Below, in pieces: positions 10,590 to 20,193 of a stretch of DNA of 58,398 nucleotides. The notes beneath the pieces are model-generated. The model made no database searches, was not told the origin of the DNA, and saw nothing but the letters and a program-made list of their open reading frames with translations. The stretch spans positions 1-58,398 of IMG/VR virus record IMGVR_UViG_3300022928_000003. The stretch is one strand, 5' to 3'. Made by a program: the position numbers and the translations under genes. Numbering within the stretch: position 1 is the first letter of the stretch; every line of letters starts with the position of its first letter. This DNA is from a virus. Lineage: Duplodnaviria; Caudoviricetes.

Positions 10590-10677
10590 TATTTTTTACC
10601 TTTACATTTTTTTTCTTTTTCTTTTTGTTCGGTGGCTTTGATATTTGTTGACTCATTTGCGATCTACCCATAACCAT
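10558..10677 (-). CDS. Small basic peptide (~39 aa, MVMGRSQMSQQISKPP...)
   Basis: Read manually; fills the gap between neighbouring genes. Confidence 0.4.
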   Translation of the reverse strand: MVMGRSQMSQQISKPPNKKKKKKNVKVKNNAKRRLLQKS

Positions 10678-10836
10678 CTAAAATACCTTTTCAAGTACTG
10701 CAACAACTATAATGACACCATAAATACCCCATATCCTACTATCTAAAGATTTAAGTTTATCTTGTATTTCTGCATATCGCCTATTACATTCACTTTCGTG
10801 TTTTTCTAATAATTTTAAAACATCATCAGCTTTCAT
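10678..10836 (-). CDS. 52-aa coiled-coil plus single TM membrane protein (XhlA/holin-like)
   Basis: MKADDVLKLLEKHESECNRRY...IWGIYGVIIVVAVLEKVF, read manually; start abuts the upstream stop. Confidence 0.55.
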   Translation of the reverse strand: MKADDVLKLLEKHESECNRRYAEIQDKLKSLDSRIWGIYGVIIVVAVLEKVF

Positions 10837-11121
10837 TTAACATTTCCACCTTCTTCTTGCTTGCCTTAAACGGCTATTAGGGTTTTTTGCTGCTTTAGGA
10901 AACTTTTTCATCTGTCCTGCACTTCTAGCACAATAAGACTTTCTTCTTTTTGCCGCCTTACTTCCTGCTTTTACTTTACCTGTTACGGCAGTTTTTAATT
11001 TACTTCCAGGGTTTTCTCTTCTATATCGAGAAACACCAGCCTTAGTCATTCCCGCACCACTTTTAGTGGAGCGGAAATACTTTTTAGTCTTTGGAGGTTG
11101 TTTGTCTTTTGCCCTAGCCAT
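10837..11121 (-). CDS. Small highly basic protein
   Basis: RRKSYCARSAGQ...NSRLRQARRRWKC. Confidence 0.65.
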   Translation of the reverse strand: MARAKDKQPPKTKKYFRSTKSGAGMTKAGVSRYRRENPGSKLKTAVTGKVKAGSKAAKRRKSYCARSAGQMKKFPKAAKNPNSRLRQARRRWKC

Positions 11122-11405
11122 TATGATAAAAACAAAGTAAGTTTATTACCACTGCCAGTGAAGCCATGTATATACGCTCCATTTTCAGCTAGCACACCTG
11201 CATCTGGAATGTTTAAGGTATGAAGTCCAGTAGGAAAACTTTGAAGCAATATAGTTGCTCCACCTGATCCATCTTTAATAGTCAACACACCAGCGGCATT
11301 ACCAAATATAACAACTTGTCTTATTCTTGACCTTGCAGGACCTACAACCGCAGCGGCATCACCTTGGTCGTGGTTAAAGGCTTTTACGTCAGACCTAACT
11401 GCCAT
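11121..11405 (-). CDS. Virion structural protein
   Basis: 94-aa beta-rich ORF with GGGG RBS. Confidence 0.55.
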   Translation of the reverse strand: MAVRSDVKAFNHDQGDAAAVVGPARSRIRQVVIFGNAAGVLTIKDGSGGATILLQSFPTGLHTLNIPDAGVLAENGAYIHGFTGSGNKLTLFLS

Positions 11406-11417
11406 GATAACCCCCTA

Positions 11418-11924
11418 TTATTGATCAGCAAAAGCAGGTGCTGTCGCAGATACTACGTTACCCCAAATATACCAATTTGTTGAATCCTTAGCCATGATAT
11501 TAATTTCCATAATACCAAAATCAGTAAGTGTTAATTTTGAGTTTGAATTACCATCTGCATACACTGATACGTTATCTGCATTAGTGTCTAAGTGCTGCAC
11601 ACCACCAATAAAGAAGTTGGTGTCTGAACCAGAATCAATTATTAAATTTTCTGTTTCTTCAGCTGCGCCACCATATATAAGTTTAAAGGTGGCTCCTGCT
11701 GTTGGGGATGGAAGTGTGATTGTTCTATTAGCTGCTACAGCTGGTACAACCATTGTTCTTCCACTGTGTGTTGCATTATCGAGTGTTTTGTCCTCGTCTG
11801 CTAATGCTACTGGTGCATCACCCATAGTCATAACTTCTGTAATAGTTCCAGTTGTTGTGTTTTTACTAATAGTTTTGATTGTGCTTTCAGATCTAATAGG
11901 ACCTGAGAATGTTGTATTAGCCAT
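11418..11924 (-). CDS. Capsid decoration/head fibre-like protein
   Basis: MANTTFSGPIRS start; directly downstream of the major capsid gene. Confidence 0.55.
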   Translation of the reverse strand: MANTTFSGPIRSESTIKTISKNTTTGTITEVMTMGDAPVALADEDKTLDNATHSGRTMVVPAVAANRTITLPSPTAGATFKLIYGGAAEETENLIIDSGSDTNFFIGGVQHLDTNADNVSVYADGNSNSKLTLTDFGIMEINIMAKDSTNWYIWGNVVSATAPAFADQ

Positions 11925-11987
11925 GTTAATCTCCTTGTCGTGGCTATTGTCGAACTTAATTGTTCGTCAAGGTGATTTTAGTATACA

Positions 11988-12019
11988 TAAAAAAAGGGTG
12001 ACTCGCAAGCCACCCTTTT
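11988..12019 (-). terminator. Rho-independent terminator after the major capsid gene
   Basis: Minus strand AAAAGGGTGGC-TTGCGA-GTCACCCTTTTTTT. Confidence 0.8.
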
Positions 12020-12039
12020 AATAATCGAACAATTGTTCG

Positions 12040-12951
12040 TTAAGCTGCGCCTGGTGATCCAAACACACAACGAGGATCAGAGAACCCAAAAGCATATCTT
12101 TCTCTTGCTTTATATCTCATATTTCCTGTGTCGAAGTCTGCTTCCATGCTTGTGCTTAATGGTGTTCTTTCAAAATATTTGAAACCATTTGGAGCATCTG
12201 TTTTGATGAAAAACGCATCTGTATCTGTTAAGAAATGATTGATAACGTAACCTTCTGGTAACATTCCCATATTCTTAATTGCATTTACATCGTTGTCAGC
12301 AGTTCCAGATCTTAGAGTTGACTCTAATAAACGATCAGCAACAAACTGTAGTGCTGGTGGAATGATTAATTTCATACCACGAAGAGCTACAATCATGTTT
12401 CTCTCGTCAACAAAATTAGAAATGTCAATTAATGCACTTTCTAATGATGTTTCATTTAAGTCAGCGGCACTTGATGGCTCATTTGAAAATGTTCCACCAC
12501 CACCTAGAGGATGGTCTGTAGCACAAAGCTCTTTTCCATCACCGCCAGTAAAGCTAGAGCTAAACGCATTGTTTAGCACTGAAGCAGCTTTTACTTGCTT
12601 AGTGTGTGCCATTGATCTTGCTAGTGCCTTTGTGTATCTAGCACCAAGACGATCATAGAGATTGTCTTCCATTGCTTCCTCAGTTAATGCGAAAGCTAAT
12701 GCAACAGTCTCCATTGTATATCTTGATGTATATACTTCGTTTGCACTATCGAATGCAACTCCAGCACCCTCTGATTTAGTTGCAGCATTGCCGAAACCAC
12801 TGATCATCACTTCTTCTTCAAACGCTCTGTCTGAAGATTCTGTGTCATAGATTTCTGCATGCTCGTTGTCGTAACGGTCATATTCCATGCCAAAAAGGGC
12901 ATTTAGACCAGGTTCTAGTTCTTTAACTAGTTGCGCTCTTGATATAGCCAT
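12040..12951 (-). CDS. Major capsid protein
   Basis: MAISRAQLVKELEPGLNALFG...KARERYAFGFSDPR; follows scaffold and precedes a terminator. Confidence 0.85.
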   Translation of the reverse strand: MAISRAQLVKELEPGLNALFGMEYDRYDNEHAEIYDTESSDRAFEEEVMISGFGNAATKSEGAGVAFDSANEVYTSRYTMETVALAFALTEEAMEDNLYDRLGARYTKALARSMAHTKQVKAASVLNNAFSSSFTGGDGKELCATDHPLGGGGTFSNEPSSAADLNETSLESALIDISNFVDERNMIVALRGMKLIIPPALQFVADRLLESTLRSGTADNDVNAIKNMGMLPEGYVINHFLTDTDAFFIKTDAPNGFKYFERTPLSTSMEADFDTGNMRYKARERYAFGFSDPRCVFGSPGAA

Positions 12952-12964
12952 AATCTAATCTCCC

Positions 12965-13549
12965 TTACGCTAATCCAGCAGACTTCTGTCCAAATATGTG
13001 ATTTTGAATCACAACATAGACATTAGTTGCATCTGATGAAACATCGCTATTCTCTGGGTCTTGCGAAATATCAATCGCTTTCAGAGGTAAACCAGCAGTA
13101 GTTGCACCTGTTGCTACATCTAACTCTGCACCAGAAATACCAGTTACAGTTGAACCTGCTGTGGTATAAACAATGTCAAAGTTACCTAATAAATCTGCAA
13201 CTGGAAATGCAGCATTACCTTGAATTTCAAAGATAACACTTGGGTCATCTATAATGAAGGCTTCAATGTCAGCAGCATTTGTACTTGCAGGGTAGTAGTT
13301 GGAAAAAGTTTCTTTTCCAGTTGTAGGATCTGTATATCTACAACCATTAAACACTCCAACTATTGGAACAGTACCGCCATCAGCATGTACTTCTACACCA
13401 CCACCAGTGACTTGCATAACCATGTCACCTTGGAATATAGAAGTTCCATAATTGGCAGCGATTCTATATCGGCTTTGTCCTCCAGTATAGGGTGTTCCAC
13501 CTATTCTTTTAACAGGACGCATTCCGAAAGCAGCATCTTGATTTGCCAT
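12965..13549 (-). CDS. Capsid-associated (cement/decoration) protein
   Basis: MAN.DAAFGMRP, IFQGD.V, IDDP motifs; immediately upstream of MCP. Confidence 0.65.
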   Translation of the reverse strand: MANQDAAFGMRPVKRIGGTPYTGGQSRYRIAANYGTSIFQGDMVMQVTGGGVEVHADGGTVPIVGVFNGCRYTDPTTGKETFSNYYPASTNAADIEAFIIDDPSVIFEIQGNAAFPVADLLGNFDIVYTTAGSTVTGISGAELDVATGATTAGLPLKAIDISQDPENSDVSSDATNVYVVIQNHIFGQKSAGLA

Positions 13550-13571
13550 TTCTATCTCCTAAAAATTAAAA

Positions 13572-14033
13572 TTATGAGTCAACGGACTTTTTGCCACCAA
13601 AGGCGACTTGAGAACGTCTCTCAGGTTTAAGTATAGGCATTGCAGCATTTGAATCTTTCATCATATCTCTGTCAATAGCCTCCATTTGATTATTTGTTTT
13701 GCTTTGAAAATATTGATTTCTTTGCTCAACAAGTTCATCAGGTATCCGTGCTAACAAAAGACCACCCTGACCGATTACTCCAGCATTTTTGCCTTCATCA
13801 ATTACAGGTGCATCAAAGTCGGGATATTCTTCAGCACGAACTAATTCATATCCTTCTCTAAGCCGTTTATGAATATTTGATCTGTCATCATATTCCATAA
13901 CTCGTTCTCTTATCCATCTGTGTTTATAGCCCACAGGAGCTTCTGGAGCATCAAGCGTTGATGGTGGCTTCCATTGTTGTACTCTCGCAGTTTTTTCACG
14001 AGTTTGCGACTCTCGATTAGTACGATCAGCCAT
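13572..14033 (-). CDS. Conserved head-module protein
   Basis: WKPPSTL.AP..P.GY.HRWIR, LREGYE, GGLLLARIP. Confidence 0.6.
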   Translation of the reverse strand: MADRTNRESQTREKTARVQQWKPPSTLDAPEAPVGYKHRWIRERVMEYDDRSNIHKRLREGYELVRAEEYPDFDAPVIDEGKNAGVIGQGGLLLARIPDELVEQRNQYFQSKTNNQMEAIDRDMMKDSNAAMPILKPERRSQVAFGGKKSVDS

Positions 14034-14991
14034 TAACTACTCCTTTTGATTTTTCTATTTTAGCTACTTCCTGTGCATACTTTTCTAATGGTATCCTCAT
14101 TTTTTTAGCAAAGGCTACCTGACCAGGTGTTAGCTCAATAGTTTTTTTACCACCCTTTTTTAGAGACCGTCCACTGGACGCAGGAGCTACAGATTGGGTG
14201 TTTTTCTGTCCTCCCTTAAACTTGTGTGGAAATTCAATAGCCATACGTTTACTAACTTCTGAATAATAATCATCAGTTGATGGATCAAATCCTTCTTGAC
14301 CAACTAATTGTTCGTGTATAGCTCTTGCTCCACTTGTCATAATCATATCAGTTCCAAACCAAGAATTGTTATCTAACCATTTTTGTAATTTAGGATCTAA
14401 TTCTTGTTTTTGAGGGGTCTGCCTGACTTGCGAGGTGTTCTGTTCAACATCGCTCTTTTGCGCATTATTTCCAGTTGCTCCCGCTTGCTCAGAACGAGCT
14501 TTTTGGATTCTAAGTCTTTCGTTTTCAATAGCGAGTTTAGCCATGAGGTCACTCGCTTCAGACATTTTTTCAGCATCTCCAGCATCAAAAGCCTCCTTGT
14601 AAAGTTTTTTAGCTTGAGCAGTTTGTGACTCAATTCTATTACCAAATTCTGAAGTATAACCTTGATTTAACTGATTAAGCTGTTGTTTTAACTTTTCATT
14701 TTCATTTTTTTGTTGTTGAGCAAAATTAAAAGCTGCTTCTGCTTCCTCTAATGCTTGCTTACGTTTTGCTGTTAATTGATTAATTCTTTTTTGAACATTA
14801 TCGCTATATGCTTCTATTTCTTCAGAATCTTCAGATTTTTCACGAACAATTGTTCGGTCTTCTTCAACTTTTTTTTCTGTTGAAATTTCATTTTTTTCTT
14901 CAACAACAGGTGTTTCGTCTTCTAATTCATAGACAAACTTTTCTTCCTGTTCTTCTTGTTTTTCTGTTTCGTTATTCATTATGCTCTCCAT
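14026..14991 (-). CDS. Capsid scaffolding protein
   Basis: Acidic coiled coil, VQKRINQLT, W...N.WFG, C-terminal LT..QVAFAKKM.IPLEKYA. Confidence 0.7.
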   Translation of the reverse strand: MESIMNNETEKQEEQEEKFVYELEDETPVVEEKNEISTEKKVEEDRTIVREKSEDSEEIEAYSDNVQKRINQLTAKRKQALEEAEAAFNFAQQQKNENEKLKQQLNQLNQGYTSEFGNRIESQTAQAKKLYKEAFDAGDAEKMSEASDLMAKLAIENERLRIQKARSEQAGATGNNAQKSDVEQNTSQVRQTPQKQELDPKLQKWLDNNSWFGTDMIMTSGARAIHEQLVGQEGFDPSTDDYYSEVSKRMAIEFPHKFKGGQKNTQSVAPASSGRSLKKGGKKTIELTPGQVAFAKKMRIPLEKYAQEVAKIEKSKGVVNG

Positions 14992-15464
14992 TATATATAA
15001 GAAATATCTTTAGGGTCAAGTATAGATGCTATAATATTATCGTCATTTATGATTCTTAGCTCTAAACCGTCTACTTTAAACTTATTTCCAGCATATCTAC
15101 CCATAAGTACCCAATCTTTCTCAGAACACCACGCTCCACTTGGGAATTTATCTTTATCTTTGTAAGCGTCAGGCCCTACTTTTACAACGTATGCTACAAC
15201 ACTTGCAAAGCTCTCACGATCTCTAGTTTTATCAGGTATTATAATCCCATTAACCTTTTCTGGAACATAATATGGAATAACAAGCATTCTATATCCAGTA
15301 GGCTGTGGCAATCTATCTAACGCTGATTTACCTAATTTAGATGGATCTTTTGAGTTTGGATTAGCATCTTCATTATCATCAAATGCTTTACTTATAGAGG
15401 GAGGAGTCGGATTGATTTTTTTTTGTGCCACAAACCGTTCTGGCACGATCAGTTTCTTAGTCAT
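14991..15464 (-). CDS. groES: Co-chaperonin GroES-like protein
   Basis: P.GYRMLV, GIIIPD, VVKVGPDAY, RYAG, RIINDDNIIA. Confidence 0.8.
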   Translation of the reverse strand: MTKKLIVPERFVAQKKINPTPPSISKAFDDNEDANPNSKDPSKLGKSALDRLPQPTGYRMLVIPYYVPEKVNGIIIPDKTRDRESFASVVAYVVKVGPDAYKDKDKFPSGAWCSEKDWVLMGRYAGNKFKVDGLELRIINDDNIIASILDPKDISYI

Positions 15465-15651
15465 CTAAGTCTGTACCTTTCATCGAGGATTTTAATTCTT
15501 CTTCAACCCAAGTCATTCCTCGTATTTGACCTGTTATGAACCGATAGTCTTCCATTGAGTCTATCGAACCATCAGCCAAAGATTGAGTTAATTGCTCTTT
15601 TCTTTGACGTATGTTCTTATATAAATACTCTGCTAATTTAATTCCGTCCAC
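15457..15651 (-). CDS. Conserved small head-module protein
   Basis: LADG...MEDYR..TGQIRG motif; coupled to groES. Confidence 0.6.
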   Translation of the reverse strand: MDGIKLAEYLYKNIRQRKEQLTQSLADGSIDSMEDYRFITGQIRGMTWVEEELKSSMKGTDLDD

Positions 15652-15757
15652 ACTTATTTTCCTCTACCTTGTGATGCCTTTAAACATTTTACATGTTTAT
15701 AATAAAAATAATTACCAATTTTACTAAAACATTTTGCTAAAGTTAGCCAATGCCACA

Positions 15758-16153
15758 TCATTTTGTTAAACCTTTTTGTTTTTCATATGTTCTCAAACCA
15801 CCTAAACCGAGCATACCCATCAAAACTGTCATCAATGACCCCATGTCAAATGTAGGTAATTCTGGTATAGTAACTCCAATATATGCACATAAGAATATAG
15901 TTATAGGTGCTAATACAAAATGCCAACACAATGCTACACCACAAGTCCAACCTATGAATGGTCTCCAACCTGCAACAAAGATAGACTTGTGCTGTGCCTC
16001 TGCCTTGTTGATCTCAATCTGACCCTTAGCTAGTTCTTGTGCATGATTCTCAGCCATAGTTGCCACCTCATGTGCCAACTTATTCTTCATGTCTTTGTCT
16101 TCTATGAACTTACCGAGTAAATTACTTACTGGCCCTATCAATGCTGTTAACAT
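15758..16153 (-). CDS. Holin (GTA holin 3TM-like)
   Basis: EAQHKSIFVAGWRPFIGW, hydrophobic helices, GMLGLGGLRTYEK; start taken as MLTALIGP. Confidence 0.8.
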   Translation of the reverse strand: MLTALIGPVSNLLGKFIEDKDMKNKLAHEVATMAENHAQELAKGQIEINKAEAQHKSIFVAGWRPFIGWTCGVALCWHFVLAPITIFLCAYIGVTIPELPTFDMGSLMTVLMGMLGLGGLRTYEKQKGLTK

Positions 16154-16358
16154 TATTATCTCCTTTATGTTCGTGACCCATCCATATACCAAAAACACCT
16201 GTCATTACACCCATGACCACAGATACAAATGCTGACTGTGCTGCTGTAGGTGCATCTAAATCCATGAACCATTCGGCACATCTCCATGACATGACTGTAC
16301 TAGCAAGCATCATACATCTTGGTAGTATTTTCCATTTTAAAAAAGTTTCTACACTCAT
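16122..16358 (-). CDS. Two-TM membrane protein (lysis-module associated)
   Basis: WKILPR, WFM.L..PT..Q, hydrophobic segments. Confidence 0.6.
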   Translation of the reverse strand: MSVETFLKWKILPRCMMLASTVMSWRCAEWFMDLDAPTAAQSAFVSVVMGVMTGVFGIWMGHEHKGDNNVNSIDRASK

Positions 16359-16561
16359 TGTTTTAAAACCTCATTTAAACCAAAACCCTCTAATAAAACT
16401 AAGGTAAAGAATAACAATAAAATTCCACCTGCTATTAGTTTACCAGAAAAGTTTGTTGAACCTATCTTTATGGCAACAAACTCGTTGCCCAATATTCTTA
16501 AAGATAATTCAAAACTATTTTGACCTATATCTAGGTTGACTATTTTTTTATCTTTGTCCAT
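16355..16561 (-). CDS. Small membrane protein
   Basis: LRILGNEF motif plus C-terminal TM. Confidence 0.5.
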   Translation of the reverse strand: MDKDKKIVNLDIGQNSFELSLRILGNEFVAIKIGSTNFSGKLIAGGILLLFFTLVLLEGFGLNEVLKQ

Positions 16562-16758
16562 TAGTACACCTTTACTTTGTCTGTATCTACAAAAGGTACG
16601 AGCTTACATATACACTCATATGTTTGTGGCTCATCACCTTTCATAAATGTTTGGTTATCTAATACATCTTTGTAATGTATACACACATTAACATTCTTAA
16701 AATATATACCACCATTAACAATACCATTTAATGTGCAAGCAAGTAAAAAGGCTGTCAT
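16561..16758 (-). CDS. Small Cys-containing hypothetical protein
   Basis: Translationally coupled ORF. Confidence 0.5.
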   Translation of the reverse strand: MTAFLLACTLNGIVNGGIYFKNVNVCIHYKDVLDNQTFMKGDEPQTYECICKLVPFVDTDKVKVY

Positions 16759-17486
16759 TTAGCTATACTCCTAAGACTTTCCATTACTTTATCTATAGAT
16801 GGCTCTTGACCATTAGGATTAAAAACACATTGATAGTTGCGTGGGCATCCTACATGAATATCAGTGAACTCTAACTCATATGTCTTTTGAGCGCCAACAT
16901 AAATGCAAGCCATTTTATCTTTAAATACTTTTTGTTTTTTCAAGCGACATGTTGTCATTTTGGGAGGGTTTATAATGCCTTGTCGGACTTTTTGGTCATA
17001 TGTGTAATCTTTAGCGAATACCTTTACCCCAACAACTACAAAGGCAATTACTAAACCAATAATGATAAACCCATATGCTACCCATTTAATAACCTCTAAT
17101 ATTTCTTCTTGTTCTTTTTTAGCTTTTAATCTGGCTTGTCTTTGAGCTTCTTTAGCTTTTGCTATTCTGTCAGCTCTTTCAGCAATAATCTGATCCCATG
17201 CTTGAGGCCCAAACCTTAAATTAATAAGTTGTTTAAGTTCTTGTCGTTTTTCTTCTAAAAGTTTTCTATCTATGTAATCTGTAGCACTAGATTCAACTGA
17301 ACCAAATTGCTCCATGATAGACATGCCTTTTCCTTGACCTTTATTCATCTGCTCTTCGCCTAGAAAAAAGCCATCTATTTGTTTAGCTATACCTTGTATG
17401 TCTTGAACTGTGGATATATTTTCTTTTATGAAATCAACGCTTTTTTTTACTAAAGCAATTCCCGTTAATATCTCTGCGACAACCAT
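16755..17486 (-). CDS. Membrane-anchored coiled-coil protein with Cys-containing C-domain
   Basis: Coiled coil, TM helix, C-terminal C...CIY...CP..YQC. Confidence 0.55.
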   Translation of the reverse strand: MVVAEILTGIALVKKSVDFIKENISTVQDIQGIAKQIDGFFLGEEQMNKGQGKGMSIMEQFGSVESSATDYIDRKLLEEKRQELKQLINLRFGPQAWDQIIAERADRIAKAKEAQRQARLKAKKEQEEILEVIKWVAYGFIIIGLVIAFVVVGVKVFAKDYTYDQKVRQGIINPPKMTTCRLKKQKVFKDKMACIYVGAQKTYELEFTDIHVGCPRNYQCVFNPNGQEPSIDKVMESLRSIAK

Positions 17487-17621
17487 TTAAAAAACGCCCT
17501 CAAACCTTTGCGGTCTAGCTATTTTTGAGAACTTTGTTATTATTTTTGGTTTGTTTTTTGGCTTTATTTGTTTTCTTTGGTTTATTTTTTTTTGTACTTT
17601 GTTCCGTTTTTGGCTCGACAT
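17487..17621 (-). CDS. 44-aa basic peptide overlapping 17515..17775 (…KFSKIARPQRFEGVF)
   Basis: Read manually; its stop abuts the ATG of the next gene. Confidence 0.4.
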   Translation of the reverse strand: MSSQKRNKVQKKINQRKQIKPKNKPKIITKFSKIARPQRFEGVF

Positions 17622-17775
17622 CTGCTATAACCTCTAATACTTTCAAAGGATTTTGTTTTATTACTGCTTTTAAAACAACTTCTGGTGAAGTTACTACACC
17701 TTGTTCAGCAAGTCTTGTGCGTCTCTTTTTTTCTTTTTCTTGTGCAATCATTCCTGCACGAACTGAACTAACCAC
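17515..17775 (-). CDS. Basic hypothetical protein
   Basis: ORF coupled to the portal stop. Confidence 0.5.
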   Translation of the reverse strand: MVSSVRAGMIAQEKEKKRRTRLAEQGVVTSPEVVLKAVIKQNPLKVLEVIADVEPKTEQSTKKNKPKKTNKAKKQTKNNNKVLKNS

Positions 17776-20185
17776 TTCTTCCTCCTTTCATAGCATTCAT
17801 AGCTGCTATATCTCGTTGAGTTTGTATTCTATCTTGAGCAATTTCTTCTTGTTGCTGAAGACGTTTATTGTCAATCATTGTATCATTTGACTCTTTTTGC
17901 ATTTCCATCTCTGTTTTTTTCTGAAATTGTTCGGCTTTTTGTTGTATTTCAGAACCACGAAGAGCTAATTCTTGTTTTCTTAACGTAACAAGAGGGTCTT
18001 CTTGTGGCGGAGGTGTAAGTGCTTGTGCATATTGCTCTTGTACTTCAGCTGCAATTTCAGCTGCTCTTGAAGCAATTTGATCTGTTATTTGTTTTTGCAT
18101 ATTTGGATCTTGTTGCATCATCATCTGTTGTTCTGGTGGTATTGATGCCATAACTTCCTGTTGTGCAGTCATTTCAGACATCATTGCTATATGCTCGGAT
18201 ATATGACCTTGCAACGTCATAAGTATTGAAGCATTTGATTGTGCCACAGGAGTAGAAAGCATTGCTAAATGAGCAGATATATGTGCTTGATGATTTTGTT
18301 CTGGGAATGCAGTTAATACACCTAATCTCAATGCTTCTTGATTTTCTTTTGCTGGGTTCATGGGCATCGGTTGTGGAGGAGGCTGCAACACTTGGTCTAT
18401 ATTTGTAACACCTAACGCTTCGTACATCTTGCGATAGGCTTGATACATACCATTTTGCCCATGAATTTCTGGATTGCTTTGTGCTAATTGCAATTGTGTT
18501 TGAGCCAAAGCGATACGTTGTGACATTGAAAATATATTAGGGTCTGAAACAGGTAATATATCTATTCGATCATCAAAATCAGCTTGTTTTATTTCTGGTG
18601 GCGCTCCTGGTACTTGATATGGATACATTGGAACACCCATAGAAAACACACGAGCTAACAATTTAAATTCTATCTTTTGTGAGTAATGAAGACGTTTATG
18701 AATAGCTGACATAACCTTCGTGCCACGCTCCATAATAGCCATAGTTGTGCCAACAGGAGCGTTGCCTTGCATCTCACCAACTTTCATGTCAGCCATAGAT
18801 GCAAAACGTCTGCCAGAATCTATTAATGTTCCCATAAGAGAATATAATGTTTGTGATGGTTCTTTGAATGGCAATGGCATAATAGCTTGCCTTAAATCCA
18901 TACCTACCATATCTACATCTCTAAACTCACCAGGATTAAGAGGTGTCTCGTCATCCCTTATTCTAGCTCCTCTAGCTTTAAAACCTGCTGGAAGGTTAGA
19001 TAGTGTGCCAGCATCTATTAGCTGCCTTAGAATGGACGTAGAAGCTCTGGAAAGACCGCCTATAGTATGTGTGAGACCAAAACCATAAAACCCAAGACCA
19101 GGTAGAAACTTATAATGCACAAAATAAGGCACTTTCCTACGGAGCGGATCACTTTCATTGAAATTCCGTTTGATTGATAAGACATCCCCAGTGTCCTCCA
19201 TAATTGTTACGATATAGGGCATCTTCAATCCTGTCGGTTCACCATCAGCTCCAATATCTTCAAATCCTTCAATATCTAAATCTGTGTGAACTTCATAAAC
19301 CATTATCTCTTCATTCTGTGAAGAGCTACTTGCAATACCCTCTATCTCGTTAATTGTATCCTTCACTTCGTTCATAGTGTCTGAGTCAGCGCCAGAACTA
19401 GGAAGGTCTATATTTTTATAAAATCCTGATAATTGTAGTTTTTTAATTTCGTTTTTATCCATGCGAATGCAGTGAGTTATTCTCGTTGCTGTTGCCAAGT
19501 CTGTTGCACTGTAAGGAACAATTAAGTCCTCAGAATGCACAAACTTACTGACAGCTCTTTGCATTGAAGGATCAAAGTAAACTTTTTTAAATGCTGAACC
19601 TACAATCGGAAGATAAAACAACATTTGATCTAATTCAGGATCATATTCTTCCATCTCGTAAGTTATTTGGTAATTCATATAATTTTTAACACGCTCTGCT
19701 TGAGCTGTTACTTCTGGAGTTTCTGCTCCAATAATTGATGTCTTGACAGGTCCTCCAGCAGGTAGCATTTCACGATACGCCTGTGCTTGAAACTGCGTAA
19801 CAGATTCAGCTAATAACGGATGTACTATACCAGACGCTCCCTCGAAAGGCTCTGATCTGTCTTCGTAACTCATACCAAGAAGTTCTAATCCACTTTTGTA
19901 CTGTTCTTCCCAATCACTTCTTGAATTGATATCTTCTTCTATATTTCTTATAATTTCATTAGATATTTCTGATAATACATCTTCATCAATGTGTTCTGCT
20001 AGGTTTGCATCAAACGGAATAGCTATGGGAGCTTCTGTTTCCATCTCCATATCACCAACAATCGCTGATCCATCCTCTAATTCTGTCACACCTTCTACCA
20101 AAGCCTCTGGAGGCAGTTTGACTAAATTAGCTTCCAGTTCTGGAGCGACAGCATCTGCTATGCCATTTATATTTTCAATCGCCAT
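17768..20185 (-). CDS. Portal protein
   Basis: SR.DWE..Y..GL, HPLLAESVTQFQA, GSAFKKVY.D, FLPGLGFYGFG; 805 aa. Confidence 0.85.
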   Translation of the reverse strand: MAIENINGIADAVAPELEANLVKLPPEALVEGVTELEDGSAIVGDMEMETEAPIAIPFDANLAEHIDEDVLSEISNEIIRNIEEDINSRSDWEEQYKSGLELLGMSYEDRSEPFEGASGIVHPLLAESVTQFQAQAYREMLPAGGPVKTSIIGAETPEVTAQAERVKNYMNYQITYEMEEYDPELDQMLFYLPIVGSAFKKVYFDPSMQRAVSKFVHSEDLIVPYSATDLATATRITHCIRMDKNEIKKLQLSGFYKNIDLPSSGADSDTMNEVKDTINEIEGIASSSSQNEEIMVYEVHTDLDIEGFEDIGADGEPTGLKMPYIVTIMEDTGDVLSIKRNFNESDPLRRKVPYFVHYKFLPGLGFYGFGLTHTIGGLSRASTSILRQLIDAGTLSNLPAGFKARGARIRDDETPLNPGEFRDVDMVGMDLRQAIMPLPFKEPSQTLYSLMGTLIDSGRRFASMADMKVGEMQGNAPVGTTMAIMERGTKVMSAIHKRLHYSQKIEFKLLARVFSMGVPMYPYQVPGAPPEIKQADFDDRIDILPVSDPNIFSMSQRIALAQTQLQLAQSNPEIHGQNGMYQAYRKMYEALGVTNIDQVLQPPPQPMPMNPAKENQEALRLGVLTAFPEQNHQAHISAHLAMLSTPVAQSNASILMTLQGHISEHIAMMSEMTAQQEVMASIPPEQQMMMQQDPNMQKQITDQIASRAAEIAAEVQEQYAQALTPPPQEDPLVTLRKQELALRGSEIQQKAEQFQKKTEMEMQKESNDTMIDNKRLQQQEEIAQDRIQTQRDIAAMNAMKGGRSG

Positions 20186-20193
20186 TTCAAATC

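Noticed and set aside
12026-12039. LexA (Cheo) SOS box CGAAC-N4-GTTCG
   Set aside because: It matches the Gram-positive consensus formally. However, the invariant AATT core, the many lone half-sites, the placement after stop codons and inside genes rather than over promoters, and the probable alphaproteobacterial host (GTTC-N7-GTTC box) argue against an ordinary SOS regulon
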